Of a stretch of DNA of 64,000 nt, positions 41,582-50,671 are shown one piece after another. The first letter of the stretch is position 1; each line of letters begins with the position of its first letter. Below the pieces are notes generated by a model, which was not told where the DNA came from, made no database searches, and saw only the letters and a list, made by a program, of their open reading frames with translations. Origin of the DNA: a virus; the IMG/VR virus record IMGVR_UViG_3300045988_168552; one strand, 5' to 3'. Made by a program: the position numbers and the translations under genes.

Positions 41582-42163
41582 ATGAAGAAGAATTATTTGT
41601 TTGACGTTGATGGCTTGCTGCAGGTGCTGCAAGCCATCAAGGAGGGGAAGCCGGTGGAGTTTCGCCTATTGGAGGAACCTGATTGGCGAGACTTCGACCC
41701 GGAGAATTGCGATATTGATACCGAGAACTGCAAGTACCGTATCAAGCCTCGTGAATATGGCAAGAATATCGGTACCACGCCTATCTCTCCCGAAGATTTA
41801 CAGGAGGATAGAATCTATCTTTTGAGAAGCGATATTGATGCCGGTACGATTAAGGGCTTTATTTGCGTAAAATATAATGAGTGGCGGGGAAGAAAGATTA
41901 TCACGCTGCATTTCTCTTGGAATAGCGATGGCGTTTGCTCTACGCTTTATGTAGGCGATCCTGATGTGGATTTTTGTTGCAGCGAGCGGTCTTCTGGCTT
42001 CGCTAACAATATTTGTCCTAACCTCGTGACGAATAACTTTGATAGTGTTTCCATCTATCACCCTTCTCTGGCGCAAGTTCAGATGTTAGAATCTAAACTG
42101 CGGGAAATAGGCTATGAGTTTAGTAATGGCAAAATGCAAAAGCTCAATGGAACCAAAGCGTAA
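41582..42163 (+). CDS. Hypothetical two-module protein (N-module like 33331 ORF, C-module like 35007 ORF)
   Basis: See the motif comparisons under 33331..33744 and 35007..35477. Confidence 0.55.
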   Translation: MKKNYLFDVDGLLQVLQAIKEGKPVEFRLLEEPDWRDFDPENCDIDTENCKYRIKPREYGKNIGTTPISPEDLQEDRIYLLRSDIDAGTIKGFICVKYNEWRGRKIITLHFSWNSDGVCSTLYVGDPDVDFCCSERSSGFANNICPNLVTNNFDSVSIYHPSLAQVQMLESKLREIGYEFSNGKMQKLNGTKA

Positions 42164-42743
42164 ACAAACATCGCTCCTTACCAAGGAGCAGGTAACAGAG
42201 CAGCTTCTTCAGCAGCATTTGCGCGGCTGGAAATCGAACCCTAAGTTCATCGTAGAAAACTTTTATGTGTTCGGCTGGGAGAGTGATATGCTCATCAAGA
42301 CCCGAAGCGGATATTGGTATGAGGTGGAATGCAAAATATCCCTTGCTGATTTCAAGAACGATTTCACCCATAAGCGGCAGAAGCATGAATTGCTGAAGAA
42401 TGGAGATGAGAAACGTCGTCGCCCGAATTTCTTTTATTATTGCGTACCTTGGTACCTTAGTGCGAAAGTATATCCTCTCCTTCCTGATTATGCCGGGTTG
42501 ATTGTACTTAAAGCGGATGGTAAACTGAATGAGATAAAACAGGCACACTGTCTGCATCTGCAAAAGTACACCGATGAGGAACTGAAGCTATGCGATAAGT
42601 TTTATTATGCCTACCGCAACTGGAAAAAGTGTGTAGAGCGTAATCAGCCTACCGCAGAAATCAAGCGCCTGAAGGATGAGATTGCTTTCCTCAAGGCAGA
42701 ATACAAGGCAGTAGCCGGATGTGATATTAAAGACGCATTTTAA
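42114..42743 (+). CDS. PD-(D/E)XK nuclease-fold protein candidate (MmcB-like)
   Basis: WESDMLIKTRSGYWYEVECKISLADFKND fits a D...E.K core. The start is uncertain (ATGs at 42114, 42126, 42147) and overlaps the previous gene. Confidence 0.45.
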   Translation: MSLVMAKCKSSMEPKRKQTSLLTKEQVTEQLLQQHLRGWKSNPKFIVENFYVFGWESDMLIKTRSGYWYEVECKISLADFKNDFTHKRQKHELLKNGDEKRRRPNFFYYCVPWYLSAKVYPLLPDYAGLIVLKADGKLNEIKQAHCLHLQKYTDEELKLCDKFYYAYRNWKKCVERNQPTAEIKRLKDEIAFLKAEYKAVAGCDIKDAF

Positions 42744-42764
42744 TGATTAAAAGATTTATAGATT

Positions 42765-43418
42765 ATGGAAAAGATTGAATTTACAAAGGAACAGATAGAA
42801 AAGATAGCTGAAGACATCAGTATTATCTGCTTTCGTTCTAACTCGGAGGCAAAGAAGTTTTTGCTTATGGAATATCCGAAGGTTAAGGATGTGCTCGGTA
42901 AATCCTGTATCTGGGATGAGCCTATCTATAATGAGGAACACCCCAAGGAAGTGAAAAGCGTGCTGCCTAGTTTTGAGGCAGTTCATACTTTCGGCTCATC
43001 GGCTTTATTCAAACCGACTCTCGCTGAGATTATCCAGGCTTGCCCTATCAACCTTCTTGGAAACTTTAACGCTGTCACCATTCATTACAATGGTTTTACA
43101 GAGGACGCTTCCAAGCATCAGAGTATCGTGACTCCTTACGTGATTTGTGAGAAGAAGAAGCCATTCGTTCCTTGTTTCAGCGACGAAGAGGGGAAGAAGC
43201 TACACCCTTCGCCATTGAAGATAGGCGACCTTGTTGGCACTATCATCGACGAGTTCTGCCAGGTAAGCATTGATGTTATCCAGCCCGATACCCGCAACCT
43301 TCAGACATTGTTTGATGGGCCGATGAATGAAGTTCCCGAGAAATACCTGGATAAGCATTTCCGCCCGATAGAGATTATCAAGGACAGCGAATATAAGATT
43401 CATTTAATCATTAACTAA
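42765..43418 (+). CDS. Hypothetical protein
   Basis: 217-aa ORF. Confidence 0.55.
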   Translation: MEKIEFTKEQIEKIAEDISIICFRSNSEAKKFLLMEYPKVKDVLGKSCIWDEPIYNEEHPKEVKSVLPSFEAVHTFGSSALFKPTLAEIIQACPINLLGNFNAVTIHYNGFTEDASKHQSIVTPYVICEKKKPFVPCFSDEEGKKLHPSPLKIGDLVGTIIDEFCQVSIDVIQPDTRNLQTLFDGPMNEVPEKYLDKHFRPIEIIKDSEYKIHLIIN

Positions 43419-43438
43419 GCTTTCTAAAGCAATAGATT

Positions 43439-44035
43439 ATGTTTGAGATATACGTTAAAATGAAGAGAAAAAAGTGCTGGGAACTTGCTATAGAGGTTCC
43501 CAACGCTTGTGGTGGGATGCCTCATCTTTGGATGTATTTGGAAAAGAAATACCTTCCATCTTACGTACCGGTAGGAGCTGATGGAAAACCGCTGGAGCTG
43601 GACTGGGTGAAGGAAAAACAGACAAAAGGTGAATATGTAAGCCGCTGGATCTGTGCTTCATCCAAAAAGGAGATCGAGGATTTACAGAAAGATTTCCGCT
43701 TAACTTATGAGGAAATGATGGTATTCAGATCTACCTTTGATTTTGCAAAGGTTCTAGGCGAAGATATACCAGTTTATCTTGAATGCTTAAAGGTTGTCGC
43801 TGACGAGTGTGGAGGTATATATCCACAACAATACGAAAAGTTGAGTGCCTTTATTAAGGTTCACAGCATAAATGACATAGAGGCGATCGCTTTCAACCAG
43901 ACAAGCGTAAACTGCGCCTGTGATTTCTTTGGCAACAGATACAATGAGCCAACAGATAACTTCTGGGACTGCATGTGTCCAAAGGATTTTTATGACAATC
44001 TTAGAAAAGATTGTGATACTAAAGACGCATTTTAA
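43439..44035 (+). CDS. Hypothetical protein
   Basis: 198-aa ORF. Its C-terminal CDTKDAF and 3' flank are shared with 42114..42743. Confidence 0.55.
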   Translation: MFEIYVKMKRKKCWELAIEVPNACGGMPHLWMYLEKKYLPSYVPVGADGKPLELDWVKEKQTKGEYVSRWICASSKKEIEDLQKDFRLTYEEMMVFRSTFDFAKVLGEDIPVYLECLKVVADECGGIYPQQYEKLSAFIKVHSINDIEAIAFNQTSVNCACDFFGNRYNEPTDNFWDCMCPKDFYDNLRKDCDTKDAF

Positions 44036-44059
44036 TGATTTTAAATAGATATAAAATTT

Positions 44060-45277
44060 ATGAGTTTATACACAAAAGAAGAAAAGAAAAAATCCCTTTG
44101 GCATCCTATTACCGATGAGGATTTTGATATTGACTTCAGTAAGCCGTTTATCGTTTGCTGCGATGATGCTTCTCTCTTCATCGTGAAAGATTTTGCAGAT
44201 ATGTTTAACTATCTGGATGAAGACCGATTCTACGATGTCAAGGCGCAAACCTTGTCTGAAGAAGGCAAGGAGGAATTTCGAGAAGACTATTATGGATATA
44301 TGTATCTTGACGAGGATTTCTACCATGCGATAGATTGGGCGAAGGGCGAGTGTATCGAGGACGTGAAAGGCGATCGAGAGAGGCCTGAATTGTTCGTAAT
44401 GTATGAATCGGGTCCAAAGGTGTTTGACCGTTTCGATTTCGGTCCGAGCGGTACTCCGGCATACGGTGGTGCGCCGTTACTGCGCAGAGATTTCGCTGCA
44501 AACTATCCCGAATTATATCACGTAGAATATATCGTTAACTTAGATCGGGTCTCAGAAACTCAACTCAGTGCTCTCTTTAGAGCGTCTCTTGATAAGCCTA
44601 AAACCGCTTATGTGGTAACATCGGGCGAGTATAGCGACTACCGCGTCGATGGAGTATTTTCTGATAAAGAGAAGGCAGATTCGTTCGTTACTAAAGCCGA
44701 GGATAGAACTATTGAAACATATAATATTGATGACGAGGAGCAGCTTCGAGAGGAATGCTGGTATGAAATTAATATTAGTATATATAAATCTTCAAAAGTA
44801 ATGGGAGTTTCCGTTCATGATCTGTGTCTGTCAGATAAGTATTTCGACGCAGTAAGGTTTACGCTTAGAGATGGCGTAAACGGTTATTTCTCCTTTTACC
44901 TGAAAGCTCTCAACCGTGATAAGGCAAAAGCAATAGCTTTGGAGCGTTTCCATGCTCTCTTGGCAGTAGAGTCCTCTCACTTTCCAATGCTAAGATGGAC
45001 GCGTGTCAGAAAACCTTGTTATGGTTCTGAAGATTTCCAAGAAGGTCTCGTATTTGGGTATTTCGATTATAAGGCTTATTTCTATCCAAGTAATAGAATG
45101 GAGCGAACACAAGACCTGTTTATGGAGATTAAGTTTTCCTTGCCTATTCCATTGACCGAAGAGGAGGAGAACAATATCGACTGGCAAAATCTCATAGAGT
45201 CCGTTTGTCTGCAGCTTATGAATAGTCATGGCTTGAAGATAGAATCAAGAAAAGATTTGCCTGCAGAATTTATTTGA
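44060..45277 (+). CDS. Hypothetical protein
   Basis: 405-aa ORF. Confidence 0.6.
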   Translation: MSLYTKEEKKKSLWHPITDEDFDIDFSKPFIVCCDDASLFIVKDFADMFNYLDEDRFYDVKAQTLSEEGKEEFREDYYGYMYLDEDFYHAIDWAKGECIEDVKGDRERPELFVMYESGPKVFDRFDFGPSGTPAYGGAPLLRRDFAANYPELYHVEYIVNLDRVSETQLSALFRASLDKPKTAYVVTSGEYSDYRVDGVFSDKEKADSFVTKAEDRTIETYNIDDEEQLREECWYEINISIYKSSKVMGVSVHDLCLSDKYFDAVRFTLRDGVNGYFSFYLKALNRDKAKAIALERFHALLAVESSHFPMLRWTRVRKPCYGSEDFQEGLVFGYFDYKAYFYPSNRMERTQDLFMEIKFSLPIPLTEEEENNIDWQNLIESVCLQLMNSHGLKIESRKDLPAEFI

Positions 45278-45315
45278 TTAGCAAGTAACTTTAAGAATTT
45301 ATAGAAAAAGAAGAT

Positions 45316-45678
45316 ATGATGATACAGATTCAAGATTGGGAATCTTCCCAGAAAATCATTGTCGTAGATGAAATCAATCACGGCACCGTACAGGTGGAGG
45401 TACCGAAGCCTGGACCCTACAAGGACGAGTATTACCAGTATGCCGATTGCGCTATCTATAACCTATGGGTAGATGAGAAGTACCGCAAACAGGGAACGGC
45501 TCGCCTCCTGATAGAGACCGCAGAGCGGGAAGCTAAGGAACTGGGCTGCAAATCGGTACAGCTGGAGTGGAACGATAAAGACACCGAGGTTTTCGTTCTC
45601 GCATGGTATAAACGTCTTGGCTATCATGTAAAGGGATTGAGTGAAAACGATCTGCTGTTGCTGGTAAAGAAACTCTAG
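45316..45678 (+). CDS. GNAT-family N-acetyltransferase
   Basis: YNLWVDEKYRKQGTARLLIETAEREAKELGCKSVQLEW matches GNAT motif A (the acetyl-CoA binding Q/RxxGxG/A region). Confidence 0.7.
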   Translation: MMIQIQDWESSQKIIVVDEINHGTVQVEVPKPGPYKDEYYQYADCAIYNLWVDEKYRKQGTARLLIETAEREAKELGCKSVQLEWNDKDTEVFVLAWYKRLGYHVKGLSENDLLLLVKKL

Positions 45679-45750
45679 TTGCAATGTTGAATGTTGAACA
45701 TTGAAAAGCATTCAGCACTACTTTGTCCAACCCATTACAAGGAAAAGTAT

Positions 45751-45852
45751 TACCTTTGTAAATAGAAATGAATAAAGAAACTATTTCGTTCTAAATATTT
45801 AATGAGTTATTAGGTTATATGATTACTTAACTGCAAGGAGTTGCAGCGTTTT
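45751..45852 (+). ncRNA. Candidate small RNA: host-type -7 box TACCTTTG (45751-45758) to hairpin CTGCAA-GGAG-TTGCAG plus CGTTTT (45831-45852)
   Basis: Promoter consensus without a following ORF (only an 8-codon ATG frame). A terminator-like hairpin lies ~70 nt downstream. Confidence 0.3.
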
Positions 45853-45970
45853 AGATTATTCATTATGATTATAAGGGCTTCTTCGCTGCGAAGCAGGGGA
45901 GCCTTTTCCCATTTACTTTTTAGATATTTCTTATATATATAGATAATGTATTAATTTCCAAAAACGCAGA

Positions 45971-45999
45971 AGGGCGGGTGTCGTGATGACATCCGCCCT
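45971..45999. terminator. Bidirectional terminator hairpin between convergent blocks
   Basis: AGGGCGG(G)TGTC-gtgat-GACA(T)CCGCCCT with T-rich sequence on both sides. Lies 8 nt beyond the terL stop. Confidence 0.7.
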
Positions 46000-46006
46000 T
46001 TTATCT

Positions 46007-48007
46007 TTAAACGTTCCTTCCGTCCGGAAGCACGAACCAGCCGATATTTCCTCGCCAGAATTTGCATCCCATATATAGCGAGTCGAAGGCATCGGTGAAG
46101 TCAGTACGCTGCTGCAACGGCAGGTTGTCTTCCGTTTCCGGTTTCTTCTCCTGACTCTTATCCTTTCTGAATCCCTGATAGCCGATGCTTACTTCACAGA
46201 GCTGCAAGGCTATAATCAGGTCGGGATTGTTAGGCTGATTGATACGAATAGCAGGATATTCTATGCCGGCAAGACCATTATTGATGATGCGATGCTTCAC
46301 CTCATGCTTTTCCGGCACACCCATATCTATCGCCGTCACGTTCCAGCCATTGCGCTCCAACTCTTTTATGACTGCCTGGTAGAATTTCTCATCGGTCAAA
46401 GCATACGATGCACCCTGCTTTGCGGTGGCATCGTAGTAGTAAACCACATCACGGTTCACGGCCCTCTTCGGAGCATAATAATGTGAGAAATCATCTACCA
46501 ACTCCCTCAGCTTGCGCTCGTTCTTTACATAGAAGCTCTTGATTACATTCACTGCCTCCACTCCGTCACGTTGATATACCTGACCTACCACCAACGTATT
46601 GATGTTGGCGTTATAGTCAAATGCGAGATAGAGAGGGAGGTCGTTCACGCAGTCGGCATCCATACGGCAGTCGTTTCTCTCGGACAGTTCCTTAAAGTCC
46701 GGCTGATAGCTTTCTGATGTAATCTTCTTGCCACCGATGATGCCCGTAGTCTTCTGAGTGCTCCAGTTGGCTTGCGAAAGGGGGTCTATCTCATCGCAGG
46801 TGTAACCGTGAACATGATCTATATCCAGGTTAGAATAGAAACCATCATTAGATTTTTTGATTTTCACGTTCAGGATGGAAACCATGAAGGTATAGTTAGG
46901 CAAATCTCGCTTCATCGTGCGGATATAGTCTTCCGTAAGCAAATCTACATTGTCGAGGGTAGAAGCACGCCTAACGAGGAATGCAGAACGGCGAAGCTCT
47001 CTCAGATAGTCGTCTCGAAACTTATCCGCCTTGTCAAACATCTGCATTTCCCACCATTCTTCTTCCGTAAACAGATATTCATAATCATAGATGAGTTCTG
47101 CATCCGCTGCATCCACCAGCTTATAGTTTACCGCCATATCCACCATGTTCTTGGTGAGCTGGTTGCCATGGTTAGGCAGAATCTTAAACTGCCCCTCGTG
47201 CTTAATCATCTTGAGGGCGATGGCACGTATCATCAATCTTAAATCAGGTGGCACGGCATGAGGGATATGCCCGGTCTTTTTGGCATTATAGATAAGGTCG
47301 TTGTAACGGATAATCTTGTTTGCATAGTCTTCCAACTGCTCCTGCACCCATCTGTAAGTCTTGCCTTGAAATTTACCTGATTCTATCGTAAGGTCAAGTT
47401 TCTCCTCCTCACGCTCCAGCCAACTGCCCTTGGTAGTAAGCGAAGCATCAGATAGGAATCTTGTCGATTTATAGAGCGGGTTGTAATCAGTAAAGTTGAG
47501 GTTACCCAAAGGGTGAGTCTGGCCTGATAACGCCGGCATCAACTCATCGGTTACTTTCTTATAAGGGAAGAATCTTGCCTCGTCACCTACCATCGCTGAA
47601 AAAGTGTAGCTGTTGGCACTTGCGGTCTGCGAGAGGGAGATGAGCACCCACTGGGCACCATTGGCAAACCAAATGATATTGTCATAGCTTTTCGGCTTAA
47701 AGATAGCCTCACGAGCGTGCTTCGGTGGTCGTCCCCAACCGAAATGAATGCCCTGCGTAAAGCCGAACATTCGTTCCATGGCAGCCATGGTACCAGGAAT
47801 AGTTTTGCCGAATCCCTGCTGTCGTGATACGGCTACCCAGGCTCCCAGCATACCGGGCATGGAGTTAGAAGCCATCCAGACGTAAGGAGCCACAAGACCA
47901 TCGGTTTTACCCACACGTCTTGCGGCAATCACCCTTTCATCCTTCGCAGCCATATACAGAGATTGCTGCTGGAATTTGGTTAGGTATATCAAATGTGGTT
48001 GTTGCAT
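46007..48007 (-). CDS. terL: Terminase large subunit
   Basis: 666 aa. N-terminal ATPase (VIAARRVGKTDG Walker A-like, MVGDEARF Walker B-like) and C-terminal nuclease-like region (LAFDYNANINTLVVGQ). Confidence 0.85.
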   Translation of the reverse strand: MQQPHLIYLTKFQQQSLYMAAKDERVIAARRVGKTDGLVAPYVWMASNSMPGMLGAWVAVSRQQGFGKTIPGTMAAMERMFGFTQGIHFGWGRPPKHAREAIFKPKSYDNIIWFANGAQWVLISLSQTASANSYTFSAMVGDEARFFPYKKVTDELMPALSGQTHPLGNLNFTDYNPLYKSTRFLSDASLTTKGSWLEREEEKLDLTIESGKFQGKTYRWVQEQLEDYANKIIRYNDLIYNAKKTGHIPHAVPPDLRLMIRAIALKMIKHEGQFKILPNHGNQLTKNMVDMAVNYKLVDAADAELIYDYEYLFTEEEWWEMQMFDKADKFRDDYLRELRRSAFLVRRASTLDNVDLLTEDYIRTMKRDLPNYTFMVSILNVKIKKSNDGFYSNLDIDHVHGYTCDEIDPLSQANWSTQKTTGIIGGKKITSESYQPDFKELSERNDCRMDADCVNDLPLYLAFDYNANINTLVVGQVYQRDGVEAVNVIKSFYVKNERKLRELVDDFSHYYAPKRAVNRDVVYYYDATAKQGASYALTDEKFYQAVIKELERNGWNVTAIDMGVPEKHEVKHRIINNGLAGIEYPAIRINQPNNPDLIIALQLCEVSIGYQGFRKDKSQEKKPETEDNLPLQQRTDFTDAFDSLYMGCKFWRGNIGWFVLPDGRNV

Positions 48008-48060
48008 ATTTTAAAATTTTGTTATCCTGAATGTATGTTGATTTAGCCGCGTCCTTGCGT

Positions 48061-48085
48061 CCGTTAGGCGTTCCTGCGGATCATA
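48061..48085 (-). repeat. Second dispersed repeat family, partial inverted copy (3' half only)
   Basis: The reverse complement reads GATCCGCAGGAACGCCTAACGGACGCAAGG, matching 58796-58822. Lies between ORF 48090..48428 and the terL start. Confidence 0.7.
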
Positions 48086-48089
48086 GCAC

Positions 48090-48428
48090 CTATCCTTTGC
48101 AGTACTCCATCCTAAACTGTCTTGCAAGAAACTTATCGTTTTTGATAAGGTTTACGATTTCCTCCTCCGTATGACAGCCTTCCCAGAAGAGTTCGGTATG
48201 GTCTCCGTCCCTGTCTTCATCTACAGAGAAAGGCACACCGTAGTTGGTGTAGGTTTCTCCGTGATGTTGAACCAGGTGGCGACCTGGGCTTTTTCGGATG
48301 TTTTCTATCCAGACTTTATTATCACACTCGCACCATTTATTGTATTCTTCTCCTGTCAGGGTCATGTCAATACCGATAGGGTAGTGACCGGAACATCCAT
48401 TGGTTCCGAAATAAATAATCTTTGCCAT
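48090..48428 (-). CDS. Hypothetical protein
   Basis: 112-aa ORF within the packaging operon. Confidence 0.55.
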   Translation of the reverse strand: MAKIIYFGTNGCSGHYPIGIDMTLTGEEYNKWCECDNKVWIENIRKSPGRHLVQHHGETYTNYGVPFSVDEDRDGDHTELFWEGCHTEEEIVNLIKNDKFLARQFRMEYCKG

Positions 48429-48440
48429 AATTTCTCAGAT

Positions 48441-49382
48441 TTAAAATAGGCTCGGCTGCGCCAACTCTAATTTGATACGCTTGCAAGCCTTGTCGTAATA
48501 TTCTTTGTTCACCTCAAAGCCGATAAAATTCCTCTTTTCTCTGATGCAGGCGATGGCAGTAGTGCCGCTGCCCATGCAGTTATCGAGAACCAAATCACCT
48601 TCATTAGAATGCTTGGTTATGATTTTCCGAATCAAATCTACTGGCTTTTGGGTAGGGTGAAATCTATCCTTTTCATGGCAGATAGGGTAAGAATATACGC
48701 CATTATCGTACTCGCTTTTGAATATAGGAGACGAACCTTTTACGGCACAAACGGCAAATTCCTTGGCGTTCGTGAGATAGTTAATCTTACTATTAATAGG
48801 AACGGGGTTTGTCTTCTGCCACTCTATCAATCGTAGCTGATTAAAGCCCGCTTCCTCCATCGCTTCTTTTACGATATTGATTTTCCACAAATCGTAAAAG
48901 CAGACGATATATCCGCCATCCTTTAGACATCGATATGATTCCTTAATCATCTTTTTTATATCAAAAGCGTCAGGTTGGTCCCATTCCCCAAAATCAATGG
49001 ATATACGAAATCTGTCGGTGTCTTTTCCTGTTGGCTTAGACTTAGCATAGTTAGAATCCCGAGAAATTGCGTATGGCGGGTCGGTTATTATCAGCGAGAT
49101 TGAATCCTTGCCAATCTTCTTGATCCCCTTCAAGCAATCCTCATTGTATATCCTATTGCATTCCAGTAGGTCGTCACCATTTCCGTTCCAATAATCGGCA
49201 TAATCGTTAAACTTATCTTCTTCGGTTGGTTCCAAGCTAGTGAATGTGGTACCGCATCGGTCACAGCGATATGTATTTTCTACTCGACCATCTGGTACGT
49301 CGTTCTCTCCGCACCAAACAATACCCCCACCACAAGTAGGGCATTGAAGTGAAACGATTTCAAGTATTTTGTCTTTTGCCAT
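48441..49382 (-). CDS. DNA methyltransferase (N4/N6 type, beta-class motif order) with N-terminal zinc ribbon
   Basis: Motif IV IITDPPYA precedes motif I VLDNCMGSGTTAIAC. N-terminal CPTCGGG...CDRCG. Confidence 0.9.
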   Translation of the reverse strand: MAKDKILEIVSLQCPTCGGGIVWCGENDVPDGRVENTYRCDRCGTTFTSLEPTEEDKFNDYADYWNGNGDDLLECNRIYNEDCLKGIKKIGKDSISLIITDPPYAISRDSNYAKSKPTGKDTDRFRISIDFGEWDQPDAFDIKKMIKESYRCLKDGGYIVCFYDLWKINIVKEAMEEAGFNQLRLIEWQKTNPVPINSKINYLTNAKEFAVCAVKGSSPIFKSEYDNGVYSYPICHEKDRFHPTQKPVDLIRKIITKHSNEGDLVLDNCMGSGTTAIACIREKRNFIGFEVNKEYYDKACKRIKLELAQPSLF

Positions 49383-49394
49383 AAAGCCTATTAA

Positions 49395-49634
49395 CTATAA
49401 ATTATTAACTCTTAACTTTCCCACATGCCATTTCGAGCAAACCTTGCACTGATAAGCCGTATATCCGGCAGCCATGATTTTAGGGTGCAGCTTCAGAAAC
49501 TCGCAGGCTTCATCCTCACTCTCGTAGGCAACCTTGGCTTTCCAGCCGTGGCTGCTTTTTCTCGTCCAGTGTTCCGGATCAGGACGGAAGGGAGGTATCT
49601 TGTTGGGATGATGATTTCCGTATCGCTTACTCAT
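49395..49634 (-). CDS. Hypothetical small protein
   Basis: 79-aa ORF with C-terminal CKVCSKWH. Confidence 0.5.
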   Translation of the reverse strand: MSKRYGNHHPNKIPPFRPDPEHWTRKSSHGWKAKVAYESEDEACEFLKLHPKIMAAGYTAYQCKVCSKWHVGKLRVNNL

Positions 49635-50412
49635 CGGCTGGTCCCTCCTTCATTTCTTTAGCTTGTTTGTCAGCCTCCTTCTCTTCCATCACCTCTTCCA
49701 TGTAGTCGAAGTAATCAGGAGCTTTTTCCGGAGTAGCATTCAGACTCTCCTCATCGGCTATCTGCTGCATATCCTTCACCGTAAGACCGTACTTGCGAGC
49801 CATCTTGCGCTTATACTCATCGGTATAGTTGATGCGGTCGTGTTTCACGATGCTTACATCCTGGGTAATGGCAATGCGGCTCATATCCGGCATCTCATCC
49901 GTAGCATCTTTATCCTCCACGAAGTTACCATATACGTTAGCCAGGGCTTGCATACCCTTATCCACCGCGCGGTCGTTGTTCTGCTGCTTACCCGTGCGGA
50001 TGAGCCATTCAGCGCTGCTCAGATACATCGCTTTGTGTCGAGGACTTTCGTCGGTCTGAAAGAAGCGGATTATATGGTTGCATACCGCCACATCATTATT
50101 CAGTTCCGTAACCGTTCGAGGTTTGATATTTCCTTCATCGTCAATATCAATATGCAGCGCCATCACCATTTCCTGCGCCTCTTTGTTGCCCTGTCCTGCC
50201 TGGTTCACGAAGAGCGTATAATCGCGTCGTGCGATATTGCGGCAGGTGGTACGCGGGTCTATGTCGTTGTTCTGAACCCATCGCTTGTAGAACTCAGCAC
50301 AAATCTGCATGCGGTATCGCTGTTCCAGTTTGGGGAACATCGTCTCCATGCTGAGACCATTTGATAGCCATTTGTCTATCCTCTGCAGGGTGTTCTGTGT
50401 TAATTGGCTCAT
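49627..50412 (-). CDS. Hypothetical protein (positional candidate for small terminase)
   Basis: 261-aa first gene of the minus-strand operon that ends in terL. No motif recognised. Confidence 0.5.
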   Translation of the reverse strand: MSQLTQNTLQRIDKWLSNGLSMETMFPKLEQRYRMQICAEFYKRWVQNNDIDPRTTCRNIARRDYTLFVNQAGQGNKEAQEMVMALHIDIDDEGNIKPRTVTELNNDVAVCNHIIRFFQTDESPRHKAMYLSSAEWLIRTGKQQNNDRAVDKGMQALANVYGNFVEDKDATDEMPDMSRIAITQDVSIVKHDRINYTDEYKRKMARKYGLTVKDMQQIADEESLNATPEKAPDYFDYMEEVMEEKEADKQAKEMKEGPADE

Positions 50413-50471
50413 TCCTTATTAATGTTTAATGTATAAAATGTATAATTTGTGGAGCATCGAAAAACGAAATC

Positions 50472-50498
50472 CGTGTCATTCGTGTCATTCGTGTTCAA
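50472..50498. repeat. CGTGTCATT x3 tandem (third copy degenerate)
   Basis: Read directly in the divergent control region. Confidence 0.8.
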
Positions 50499-50543
50499 AA
50501 CCCCGAACCCCGGAAGGCTATATACCATCCGCACATCTGATTG

Positions 50544-50551
50544 CAAAATTA
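50544..50551 (-). promoter_or_regulatory. Leftward -7 box (CAAAATTA = TAATTTTG) for the packaging operon
   Basis: Reverse-complement TAnnTTTG, 132 nt upstream of the start at 50412. No clear -33 box. Confidence 0.4.
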
Positions 50552-50588
50552 CGAAATTGCCCCTAGATGGTTGGGACAAGAAAATCCT

Positions 50589-50625
50589 TTTGTCCCCATC
50601 TCTCAATTAAAAACCGATACCTTTG
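50589..50625 (+). promoter_or_regulatory. Rightward Bacteroidota-type promoter (-7 TACCTTTG 50618-50625, TTTG 50589-50592)
   Basis: -7 consensus 47 nt upstream of the ATG at 50672. -33 spacing is 25 nt. Confidence 0.5.
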
Positions 50626-50671
50626 CAATAGTATTAAGACAACATAGGATAACAATAAAAAGAAAAAAGAA

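Noticed and set aside
49663-50364. Plus-strand ORF 49663..50364 (233 aa)
   Set aside because: It is antisense to 49627..50412, which is in operon register with the methyltransferase and terL.
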